63,643 nt of DNA, filler included, from Octopus bimaculoides (GCF_001194135.2; 6 parts of 5 records of this genome joined end to end with filler, not necessarily neighbours in it), one strand, 5' to 3'; counted from the first letter of the whole stretch, positions 39,231 through 50,580 are shown. Notes: generated by a model from the letters alone, not told the origin. A program made the numbers and translations.

Positions 39231-39744
39231 ACAAGTTGTCATTGCAGCCGATGTGGTTATAAACAGTAATCCGGAAGCATTGGCCAGACATATTCTCAAA
39301 CCATGGCAACATGAGTTATGGACTCTTCCTCTTTTTTATTGGACAATGCTGACTTCTCCAACAACAATGCTCACTCGGCTGATATCAGTGATTGGCTAAG
39401 TTGCTCATAGACGTAACCTAGAGGGACAGGCCCCTTATTTTTTGGTTAAGGATGTGGTAAGTTTTCCTAAGCTGCTCCAATCCAGATCCCCAATGCAAGC
39501 CTTCAGATCAACCTTCTCTTATGCAGATCTCTAATGCAACTTTAAAAAAAACAGTCAATGAGTGGAAATAACCAATAAACTGATTCCTTATGGGATTTCC
39601 CAATCAAATTGCCAGCAAACCATTTTCAGTTAACCAATTTCAACAGATTTCGCTTAAATTTGATGTCAATGTTACTTATTTTGGTTTGAAATAAAGCACT
39701 TGATCACTTCATAATCCTAGCTTAATCCCGGGCTATACTGCTAG
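35497..39744 (+). mobile_element. Helitron, 5' end hidden in the assembly gap
   Basis: RepHel coding region plus 3' region ending ...tagcttaatcccgggctatactgCTAG|T (degenerate hairpin, CTAG terminus, followed by T). Confidence 0.85.
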
Positions 39745-40833
39745 TATATATATATATCTGAAAGTCTATGAGGATTACTTAATACAGTTTTTGAAGACTA
39801 AAGATGATTTTTNNNNNNNNNNNNNNNNNNNNNNNNNNNNNNNNNNNNNNNNNNNNNNNNNNNNNNNNNNNNNNNNNNNNNNNNNNNNNNNNNNNNNNNN
39901 NNNNNNNNNNNNNNNNNNNNNNNNNNNNNNNNNNNNNNNNNNNNNNNNNNNNNNNNNNNNNNNNNNNNNNNNNNNNNNNNNNNNNNNNNNNNNNNNNNNN
40001 NNNNNNNNNNNNNNNNNNNNNNNNNNNNNNNNNNNATATATATATATATATATATATACACAATTAGTAGAGTATGTCTTTTCAGGACAAAATGTATTAG
40101 GTATCACCAGTTAAGTGCTCAAATTGGAACATTGCCAAAGATCTTGGAAGATGTGTTTAAGGACACAAAGTAAACCAAAAGAGCAGTTATATATTAGAAT
40201 ATAAGAGAGAATGGAATAAGTATATTTGGAATAATCACAACAAGAAGTATATTAACATATAGAAGTGTATTATCACATAAATGATTAGAATAGGAATGTA
40301 CAATATAGAATAAGAAGATGTATAAAAATTTCTTACAATCGTTTCATGATTATGTAACTTATCTAAATGAAATCGAAATGATAATCATATTAAAGCTGCA
40401 TGACCATTCTTCAGAGATATAAAAGGAAGAAAACCATTCATAAAAATTATCCATGTTTATAAGAATTAGTTAATCTAAAGTGGTATAGATACGAGTCATA
40501 TGAATTCTGTATAAATTTCCATATAGTAATCTGACAAGGTTTTGAGAGATTTTCATAATTTCTTCATAGTAAATTGTAAATGTTACCAGTAGATATTTAT
40601 TTTTAATTAACCACTTGGGTTAAAACAAAAGATGGGACAGCACAAGGACATACAAAACATAGGAGAGGGGAAAAAATAAAATTGAATGAAAAATGAAAGG
40701 ATGGAATGATAACTACTCAAGCCCCACTCCCAAACAGTCTCCTTGAACCTTTAATTACTTACAATGTTTAAAAGTCAAAAACTTTTCAAAAATCAGTTAA
40801 ACTATGTACTCCAAGATGTTGTTGTACTCCACT

Positions 40834-42156
40834 TCAGGAGGCAATGTATCTATGTATACCTCTATGAATAAATACATCCACAATGTCAGGCCTGAATTTT
40901 TGTTTTATTCTTTTGAAATTACTTTTATCCACTAGCACATATTTGACATATGGGGTAGAGTCCCCTGAATTTACCTGTATGGTAGACTTCAACTTTTTAA
41001 TTTCTTCCACCAGTTTGCTATTTCTCAAATTGTACGTCAAATTTAGGCTCTTTTTCCTGATGGGTGGGTGTTGGGGTGTTTGACAAATTGTTGTGTTTGC
41101 ATGTATTTCTGCAGGAGCAGGTTTGGGACTAGTGGTAGGTGGGGCGGGAGGGGGATTAGTGTCTGCATTCGAAGGACTAGGTAAAGTGGGGATTGGAGGG
41201 ACTAGAGTGGGAGAATGGTGGGGACTGGAGTCCTTTGGTGGTTAACTTTTCCTCTTTCTTCTTTTCCTTTCTGCTTCTGTAGACCACCCTCTATTCTCTG
41301 TCTCTTGCTCCTCTACCTTTTCTGTTCCTTCAGTCAGTGGAGGTGCAGTTACTTTTTTGCCAGAGCCAACTAGTGGTATTTCTGCTGATAGTGGAGGGTA
41401 GTCTGCTCTAATGTGGCCTTTCTGACCAAACTTGAAACATCATGGTTTCCCGCCCTCCACTAACAATCTCAATTTTCTGTTTTGACCTATCAAAATGGTG
41501 TCAGCTATATTCTCTAGCATTTCTGGGGTGGTCTGGATGATCGTTTCAATCCCTTGCCTTTGCCAGTTATGTTACAAGACTTTGATAATTTGGAGGATGG
41601 AAGTTTTATCCTCCATCCCCATTATGATGGCTGCCACAATCCAGCCAACCTCCACTTCTAGCGGTGTCTCCTCCACCCTTACCCTGAAAGCACGTCCCCC
41701 AAGGTAAGTTGGGATGAGCACCACCTCTGCCGTATTTCTGGAGGCCATATAATAAGGCTTGGCTCTTTCTTCTGTTCTAAACTGCACCTCCACTATGGCA
41801 TACTTGCTTCCTCTGGTAACATATGCAATGTCATTCCATATGTCTTTCAGACATTTTTCTATCTTCTCCTTTGATACAATCTCTATATTTTTCTTTTCCT
41901 AATCAAACATTTTATACACAATTGTTTCTTTTTCCACACTTTGTCTTACTTCCTTTGGCAGGGTCACAACAATTTCATGTACTTCTCTTTTTATTGAATC
42001 TTTGAACTTCCCCAACTCTTCCTTACTTATTTGCACCTCTTCTCTTGAATTACCAGCTACTGCTGCAAAATTCTTTCCTCCCTTCACCTTGTTGATGCTA
42101 TCAATGCGTCTCAACGATTCCTCCTCAGAGGACTCTATGTTGGAATATGAATGCAT
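40834..42156 (-). pseudogene. gag/ORF1-like protein with degenerate CCHC zinc knuckle; 441 codons, 4 internal stops, no frameshift
   Basis: One continuous frame from ATG 42156 to TGA 40834, translated by hand. It includes GGKP*CFKFGQKGHIRADYPP (consensus CxxCxxxGHxxxxC), a basic RKRRKRK patch and a Pro-rich linker. Confidence 0.85.
41031..41201. repeat. 171-bp diverged direct repeat, copy 1 (copy 2 at 42336-42506)
   Basis: tgtacgtcaa...ggctctttttcctgatgggtgggtgttgg...ggtaaagtggggattggaggga occurs at both positions. Confidence 0.95.
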
Positions 42157-42531
42157 AACACACCATTCTCCCTCTCAAACTGGGAGAAAACGGTAACAAA
42201 TCTGCCAAAAGGCAGGCAAAACAAAATGTTCACACAAAAACTTTTCAACAATATTTAACAATAACAGCACCTTTGAACAGTAACTTTCAAAAATAACACT
42301 AACCACTGTAGAAACCCTTTTACGTTGTGTGGAACTGTACGTCAACTTTAGGCTCTTTTTCCTGATGGGTGGGTGTTGGAGTGTTTGACAAATAGTTGTG
42401 TTTGCATGTATTTCTGCAGGGGAAGTGTTGGTATTAGTGGTGGATGGGACAGGAAGGGGACTGGTGTCTGCATTGGAAGGATTAGGTAAAGTGGGGATTG
42501 GAGGGAGATTTTTGTATGCGGGCATGGTTGC

Positions 42532-42592
<61 letters not shown>

Positions 42593-43568
42593 AATATATA
42601 TCTCTGTATATGTGCATATATTTATATCTTACATATATGTATGTATATGTATGTAACTATGTGCATGCACCTGTGTATTTTGATGTATATACATATTATA
42701 GATGGTCTAGTATGGCTATATACTGTTGTAAAATATTTATGTAATGCAGTGTGAAGATTTTAATGTATTGAGTTCTATTTCGTATATAATTATTTACAAT
42801 ATGTATTTTGAATCTACTCTTCGATTTAAGGTTTTCTTCAATTTTGCAATAGGATGAATTTATATTGAATTCATTTATTTTGTTCATTGCATGCTTAAGA
42901 CTGTTAATTGAAAGACAACTGAAACAAATCCATTTTTAACGGTGTATCCTTAAACTAGTTTTGATTATATCGTTATTTCTATTCCATTTTAGCAAAACTA
43001 TCTGTTGTTATTATTATTTCTCAACAAAATATCTTGTACCTTGTTCTTCCATTGATTTGCGTTAACATCAGTATATTAATATATCACAAGGTAATGATGT
43101 TTCATTTATCATGTTTACATTCTTCGCTTCAAATCAGTATGTTATTAATCTTAATATTTTTAATATTATCATAAACAAAATATATATATATATAAATGTA
43201 CTTGCATAGCAAGTGACCTGATCTGAGATTGTGTGCTGGAACGAAAACAATTGCAGCGTGGAAGGTGTTTATAAGCCATTTAAATTAACACAAAAAAGCC
43301 GTCAGATTCACTTCAGCATTTAAATTTAATTTGTCAAAATATTTTCGGCACTTTGAGACTGCGACCTGTTCACTGACAAAATTGTGCTGCATCTGAGCNN
43401 NNNNNNNNNNNNNNNNNNNNNNNNNNNNNNNNNNNNNNNNNNTTAATTAATTAANNNNNNNNNNNNNNNNNNNNNNNNNNNNNNNNNNNNNNNNNNNNTT
43501 TTTTTTTTTGTTTTCGTGGCCGAGTGTTAAAGTAGTAATTAACCAAAAATTCTTCACGATGAAGTATT

Positions 43569-43599
<31 letters not shown>

Positions 43600-43603
43600 T
43601 ATT

Positions 43604-43765
43604 GGCGCAGGTGTGGCTGTATGGTAAGAAATTTATTTCCTAACCACATGGTTTCGGGTTCAGTCCCACCGTGTGGCACCCTGGACAAATGTCTTCTATT
43701 ATAGCCTCGGACCGACCAAATCCTTGAGTGGGTTTGGTGGACGAAAACTGAAGAAGCCCGTCGTG
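43604..43765 (+). mobile_element. SINE family B, 5' half
   Basis: ggcgcaggtgtggctgtatggtaag...gaaaactgaagaagcccgtcg matches 30397-30560. Confidence 0.85.
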
Positions 43766-43813
43766 TATGTGTGTGTGTGTGTGGATGTATGTATATATTT
43801 ATATCTATATCTA

Positions 43814-44176
43814 CGAGGGGATGTTGACAGGTTCTTGACTTTGGGTAAAAGAAAATACAGGAAGATAATTTAACTATGGTTTGGTTCAACATATTCCCTT
43901 CTCAGATTCACACACTTATTGCAGCGGTCCTTCAATTTTTCTAAGCCGAAAAGAACTCGTGAGTGGTCGATCCTAACCCTAACTCTATTCCTAACCCTAA
44001 CCCTAACCCTAAACACGTATTCATTTGCACACGCGGGTTAGGGATAGGGTTAGGGTTAGGGTTAGGGACAGGGTTAGGGTTAGGATCGACCACTCAAGAC
44101 TAGCTAGCGCGGACGCGCGACTGCGCGTTCGGGTCCGCGCTGCTTTAGTAATACCGAACTTTTCAACACTCCCTCA
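43814..44176. mobile_element. Mariner-type MITE interrupted by an insertion
   Basis: Left end TA|cgaggggatgttgacaggttc and right end gaacttttcaacactccctca form degenerate inverted termini. Confidence 0.65.
43960..44141 (+). mobile_element. Small non-autonomous element with telomere-like repeats, Helitron2/Helentron-like architecture
   Basis: tgagtggtcgatcc (43960) / ggatcgaccactca (ends 44096) inverted repeat encloses (CCCTAA)n-spacer-(TTAGGG)n. A GC-rich hairpin agcgcggac...gtccgcgct follows at 44106-44141. Confidence 0.55.
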
Positions 44177-46572
44177 CATAAAATGTGTGTGTGTGTGTGT
44201 GCCAAAGTAGAATGCTTCGATCATTCTGTTTTCGAACATTTCTACTACAGCAGGAAAACACCCAGACAAGGTGAAAGAACAACAGGTTGCATTAGGCTGG
44301 CGCTTCATATGGAGAAAGTCTTAAAGTTTCGAGCTCACGCTTTTCTAAAGAAAAGATAGATGAGAAAGAAAAAAAAAAACGTGTCTAAGTTAGTCGGTCA
44401 AGGCATAGCTAACTAGTTACCTCGACCGATCAATAGATATAGACAGACACACGCACACACACACCAACTACCTGTTGATTAAATATCTAGTTTAGATTAT
44501 GAAAATTGTAACGCTAATTATAAGCACCTATCTCAGACGGGAAGGAACATCGGGCCCTTCGATGTGATACGTGCGTGTGCTTGCATGTTAAGTGTGTGTG
44601 TGTGTGTGTGTGTACAAATGGATCTCCGTCGATTCCGATGACCGTTTTCGTCAAACTAAAGCGTTTGACCCGGTGACAAAAATATTTAAAAAATTAGTCT
44701 AATAGGTGTAAAACAACTTGCTGGGAACGCAAGTTTGACCGAAGTGGTCAAACGCTTTAGTTCGACCGAAGTTTTTGCTCAACCAGCTGAAGTGCCGGTA
44801 CATTGAATTCGTGTATGATTGCTTGTGTATTAAACCGACAGATATACCTCCCGACGAAATCTCTACACAGGATCGATAATAATCCTTTGAAGTAAGGGGT
44901 ACAATACGCCCGACTACTTGCGTTGAAACCGGGACTGTGATGTAAAAGGAACATGTACCCAAAATGACAAGAGGCAGAATTGCTCCCGATATCTCTTAAA
45001 GGCGAAGTGAACTTCTTAAAACTATTGGATCAGGTACCTAGCCACGTCAAAGGCAGCCAGTACGTAAGCTTGGCCGCAGAGTAAGTCCACGTCTTGTACT
45101 ATTACTACACACACACACATGTATGCATGGATAGACTGGAAAAAGAGCAGAAACTCAAGGAAATGGTGTACACACACACACGCATGAACGTGCGTACGTA
45201 CGTATATATGTATAGATAGATAGAGTGGAAAAAGAGATGGGGGTATTAAGGTCGAGCAGAAACAGAGAAAAGGTAAGAGGTTATGTGCACTTAATATCAA
45301 CTTACCTGACCGCTAACAGGTGAACGAAGATAAGTTTTTAGCCCCAAAAAGTTTATTCTGTGTCAAACGAATGTAAACAACAACGTGTTTCGTCTTTTCT
45401 TTCTTAGTTACTCCGAATGTATTCAATATTTGGTACTCCGCTTGCATTTAATGTTTTGTACTCCTGTTGCGTTTAATATTTTGTACTCCTGTTGCAACTA
45501 ACAGGGTGAAATTATTTATAATTTTCCAGGTAAATCCTTTGTATGTAAGAAACACATGTATGTATAAATATACACAGAGACAATATAATATGTGTGTATT
45601 TTTGTGCAAATTTATATATATATGCGTGTATATTTATATAAATATATTCATATATATGAAGTGCAAATGTATGTATATGTGTATATTTATATAAATATAT
45701 TCGCATATATATGTATATGTAGTAAATATATATATTCTCTTCTGTATTAAATAGATATTATATTATACATATGTATCTTCTATATTTATATTCATTTCAA
45801 GATCCTGTTGCCTGTCTGTTTTATTAAACTACATTATACAAAACATACTGTAAATATGTCATTATATATATATATATGTATCCATGTCACAAGCACACAC
45901 ATGTATGTATATTAGACAAGCCGGCCAGCCATCGAACTATATGTGAAGTTTGACTGTGTGACTACTACTACTACAATGATCACCACCACCACCACTACTG
46001 CTGCCGTTCTCACCTTCAAATGTTTCGAATCTAAATACTGTTTCTACTACTAAGGTATTGACAACTCAGTTTGTCTTGTGTGTGTCGGAGTATCATGGAT
46101 AAAGTTATCAAATGGTTATTGTGGAAATTAATGAGTCGCCAAATACTCCAAGGATATAAATATCTGCTGGTTGTCAACTAATAGTACTTTGGACTCACTA
46201 ATTTAGATAACCGTTTGATAACATTATCCATGATTATGTGATTATAATAAACGACATCCACTATACTAAACCTCTGCTGATTGTTAGCTAAAAGGTTCTA
46301 TACGAAAAGGTGATCAGGTTATATATATATAGATTTTTTTTTTCCTGAAAGTTATGAGTAGGAAAATGTCGGGTGGTGTGAATTTTCCGAAACTCCTCTC
46401 CCCAACCTCCCAGAAAAAAATTTACCAACAAATCTTTACATATACTTAATCTACAGGATCTAAGCGATTATTTGCTGAAAGTTTCGTTAAAAAATATCCA
46501 GTTTTCTGGAAGTTATGAGGTAACAAAGTAGTGGGGTATACATCTATAGTTATGCAGTATGTATATATATAT

Positions 46573-46829
46573 AGGTAACCTTCAACTTTAGGGGGGGTAA
46601 AAAATAAATAAAAATATTCAAGGGAAGTAACTGGACGTCTTACCAGTATTCTCCGTACATCTCTGTTTATAAATAAATCACACACGTGATTTGACTGACG
46701 TTAGGGTTAGGATTAGGGTGTGATTTATTTATAAACAGCTAGAAGAAAACGGATAATACTGGTAAGTCGTTCAGTTATTTCCCTTGAATATTCTTTTTTA
46801 TTTTTTTTATCTCCCTAAACTTGAAGATT
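46573..46829. mobile_element. Palindromic MITE with a TTAGGG-like core; right end lies in the gap
   Basis: Arms aatattcaagggaagtaactggacgtcttaccagtatt...tgtttataaataaatcacac and gtgtgatttatttataaaca...aatactggtaagtcgttcagttatttcccttgaatatt. Outer arms ccttcaactttaggg / ccctaaacttgaag. Confidence 0.8.
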
Positions 46830-46929
46830 NNNNNNNNNNNNNNNNNNNNNNNNNNNNNNNNNNNNNNNNNNNNTTAATTAATTAANNNNNNNNNNNNNNN
46901 NNNNNNNNNNNNNNNNNNNNNNNNNNNNN

Positions 46930-47402
46930 CCGGCATCGATGCCACGACATCACAATTAGTGATCAGCTCTGCCACACTCAGCCAACTCACTTTCACATAC
47001 AGAACTTTTCCTATAGTGTACTAAAGATCTGGTATAATTGCTCACATGTTATTGACTCTTTTTATTTGCTGTAAACACTCATACACACATGTATCACTTA
47101 CATACACACTTTTCTTTGTATGACGGCCTGTCTTTGATTATGTTCTTATATGTCGCATTCACACTCTCACACAGACATACATCTTTAACGCCATAATAAA
47201 TATTTCTGTTATTCATCTAATACGGTTGTGGTCTTTCATTGCTGGTCATCTATGTTATACGTCGCATAACATATTTTGTATATCATCATTTGATAGATAT
47301 TATTTTGTGTTCGACCGTGTGACACGTTTAAATAAAAGGAGTCCTCTGTTTTTCCATTCGTCACCATTTCTCCTTTTTGAGTTCGCACGGTCGTCCCTTA
47401 CA
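46930..47402 (+). mobile_element. LTR remnant (solo or 3' LTR) related to 49513-50565
   Basis: Shares tatgacggcctgtct, aataaa and the ttcgcacggtc...ttACA end with the downstream LTR. No PBS follows it. Confidence 0.55.
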
Positions 47403-47757
47403 TATACATGTAGATGTAGGTATGTACATATATGTATGTATACATGCATATGCTCATATATCATTTGTATTATTATATATACATATATATACATACATAC
47501 ACAGGAACACATACACACATAGGAACACACACATACACTTATGTACATACAGGCATACATACACACATATATTTACATACAGGCATACATACACACACAT
47601 ATCTATACATCTGTGTGTGAGTGTGGTACATCCACTCATACATACATATACCTATAACACATACGGTATGCAAATTAGTAGTCCCAGTTCTCTGTAGCTA
47701 CTGAAATTGTTGGGTATATAAACAGATTGTGGCCGTCCGCTTGTCTGAGATTGTTAC

Positions 47758-47829
47758 ATTGATGTAGACACTTCTGATAAGAACTCGTTAAGTTGCGAAG
47801 CTCTAAGGCTGTTAAGGATTGTTTTCGAT
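47758..47829 (-). CDS. Candidate exon (72 nt, phase 2 to 2)
   Basis: Strong acceptor agttacttctttgtAG and weak donor GTAACA; reading SKTILNSLRASQLNEFLSEVSTS. Another frame (DRKQSLTALELRNLTSSYQKC...) stays open to 47675. Confidence 0.25.
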
Positions 47830-48438
47830 CTACAAAGAAGTAACTAAATTAGCTATGCATATATGTTTACTACATATGTTATATATATATATTTATAATA
47901 AATGTTTATATGTATGTATAACCAAAACGGCTATTCGAATAGTGGACAGTTACTTTTTCTAATAAAACCAATGAAATAACTAATATTTTTGTCCGTTGCA
48001 ATCATACCAATACAACTTTCCACCGTGCAAATTACAATAATAAAGAAAATATGTTCACCACAGTTGTTTTTATCTCATTCTACAATATTATTCTCATGTA
48101 ACGGTAGAGTTTTTAAGATCGACGTTGTTAAATTATGGCATATAAAATGCACAAGAACGCAAGGTTAAGCTGTTCCTGTCTACTACTGTAAACAACAGCT
48201 GATATTGTTACATCAACATGCCCAGAATTCGACCTCAATTAATTTCTGTTTCTGAGTGTATATTATTAGATCTGAAATAAACTAGGGCCGGATTATATAA
48301 TGATTCTGCAAAAACACACCTTGAAACTTTAATATCATTTCAAAGATATTAAAACACACCAAACCCAGAGCAATAAAAATGATTTTGGTGTTTGTATCTT
48401 TGAATTTAAAAAAAATATGTACTTATGCGTGTACACAT

Positions 48439-48493
<55 letters not shown>

Positions 48494-48835
48494 AACACAC
48501 ACACATACACACATACACACAAACACATACATACACACACATGCCAACACACACATAAGAATATGTACATATATACATACTCACACAGGGGCACACACAC
48601 ACACACACATACAGGCATACACAAATACTTATATGTATGTATGTATATATGTATGCGTGTATGTATGTATGAATGTGTGTATGTGTGTATGTGTGTATGT
48701 ATGTATGTATGTATGCCTGAATGTGTGTAAGTGTGTGTGTATGTATGTATATGTGCAGATTTGTATGCTTAGTTTTATGTATGTGTTCTCATGCACATAG
48801 TTGCATATCTACACATGTTCATATATACTTAAATG

Positions 48836-49080
48836 ATAAACTTTTGGAAAGTTGTACAGATATTTACAGTTCCAGTGATGGCTTGGATCTGTAGTCTTCG
48901 AAGCAGCTTTCTCCTTTCTGGTTTTGAGACGCCTAATTTCTCAAGATTGGTATGTAGTCAGTGTGTGACATATCACAGTGCCTTAATAATTACAGGTAAT
49001 ATATGTATGCATGTATTGTTCCTAAGGAGTTTCATCATGAATACTTGTTCAGAGCTAATGTCTTTTTTGTCTCCATAAAC
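48836..49080 (-). mobile_element. 3' end of an RLE-type non-LTR retrotransposon
   Basis: LPVIIKAL*YVTH*LHTNLEKLGVSKPERRKLLRRLQIQAITGTVNICTTFQKFII* fits an RLE-LINE C-terminus (PIIIGALG-like motif). Confidence 0.65.
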
Positions 49081-49512
49081 CGAATTTATTGTTCAAATCT
49101 TTCAAAACGCCAAAAGTTGATTCTTGGATAGCTTCGTACAAAATGTCACTTGATTTTCGGATAGCTTCGCACAAATGAAACAAGTTCTCTTTTGTTTATG
49201 CTCGTACATATTCAAAGGTTGTTTGCGTATAAGCATAAGATCTGTTGTTTCATTTATATTATTGCTTGAGAATCAGCAATGCGAAACTCAGAGTCAGAAT
49301 TTGTGAAATCTCAGCTCCGTACCCTATTTCATTGAATTGTGTTCGTTTTGTTCTATTGATTGGTTCGCTCAGAAGTGTATTCCATTTCTTCTATAATATA
49401 TACACACATGCAAAATATTTGCTATTTCTGGACCGGGCGTTGAGTCTTTATATTTTAGTGATGAAGGAAAAGAATATGTTGTGACATGGATACTTTCCTC
49501 ACTTGCTACAAA

Positions 49513-50580
49513 TGTAATATGAGATGGCTTTGTAGCGTAGACTCGGGTGAATTTCCTCTCACCTTTTTTATATATACGTGCATTCGAACGTAGCAAGGAA
49601 CAGCTAGCCTTTGGCCGCTATTTGGATCTCGTTGTGTCCACTATGGCACAATTTGTCACTTACTCGATTGCACCAATTTGCCGCCTATATCCAGTCGGAG
49701 TCCCTAAATACGATCACGTGGGACAGCATGCTCTCTACTCTGTTTTGAGCCTACAGTTCCTTATAAAACTCATCTTTTCCTTTTTCCGACGTCTTTGGTT
49801 TCAGACCTTTTAAGGTCTAGCCACTGACCATAAAGACACAGCCAGTTCCAGCGACAACGCTAGACAACCACCACCACAGCAGCTGCATTGAGACTCACTA
49901 ACTTCGTCCAACTGGCAACCTCCGTCTTCGTCGCCACTATCGTGTCCTTAACGTCGTCAACATCATCTCTCTACGTACACAGCTCAGCAAGCAACTCACC
50001 CAGGTTCCAACACCTCACTGTTCGTGAATTACTTCACCATGGATCAACAGCGAATATATAACCTGCAAGAACTCCTGCATCAAGTGACCCAGGCAACAGC
50101 ATCACAAGCACGACTTCACGTACGACATGAACCCGTAACCGGCTCAGCATCATGGCCACGACTTCTTCATTTAGTATTTCAGCTACCGTATACCACTGAC
50201 TACGAACTGGTATTCATCATCTTTCTTGTGTCTATGAACTTCTCACTTCGACGGCTATAGACTCTTTCACTGTCATCATCTTCATTGCCATTCTAATATG
50301 TTCTTAACATGCGCACACATCTATGCTTACACGCACACATACATTTTGTTCTTATGACGGCCTGTCTATTATTCAGTATACATGACACACACACAGACGC
50401 ACATATTATTATATCAATAAACGTTCTCTTAATCATTCTACGTGGTTGTGTCTCCTTTTCCATCTGGCAAGTAAATGGTTCTATCAATATCTCTTTATTG
50501 TAACGGCCGTGTGGTGTGGTACTAAAGAGCCATTCTCGACACCTCACTTCGCACGGTCCTTTACAGATTGGTGACCCGAC
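49513..50580 (+). mobile_element. LTR (5' boundary uncertain) followed by a tRNA-Trp-like primer binding site
   Basis: TATAAAA at 49762, AATAAA at 50416, LTR end ...ggtcctttACA at 50565. Then gat and TGGTGACCCGAC (50569-50580), compared with the tRNA-Trp PBS TGGTGACCCCGACGTGAT. Confidence 0.65.

Noticed and set aside
36685-39399. Antisense and alternative-frame ORFs within the Helitron
   Set aside because: Shadow ORFs of a GC-richer coding region with no independent motifs.
43198-43398. Probable interspersed repeat next to the gap (similar impressions at ~30095-30190, ~44200-44350 and ~51975-52260)
   Set aside because: They look like common repeat fragments, but no termini or motifs allow classification from this window alone.
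43974-44084. Telomeric tracts as a telomere-fusion scar
   Set aside because: The orientation is (CCCTAA)n then (TTAGGG)n, the reverse of a fusion. The tracts are very short and framed by unique inverted repeats.
48869-48948. Plus-strand exon-like segment (ttacAG...TTG|GTATGT)
   Set aside because: Better explained as the antisense of the RLE retrotransposon C-terminus on the minus strand.
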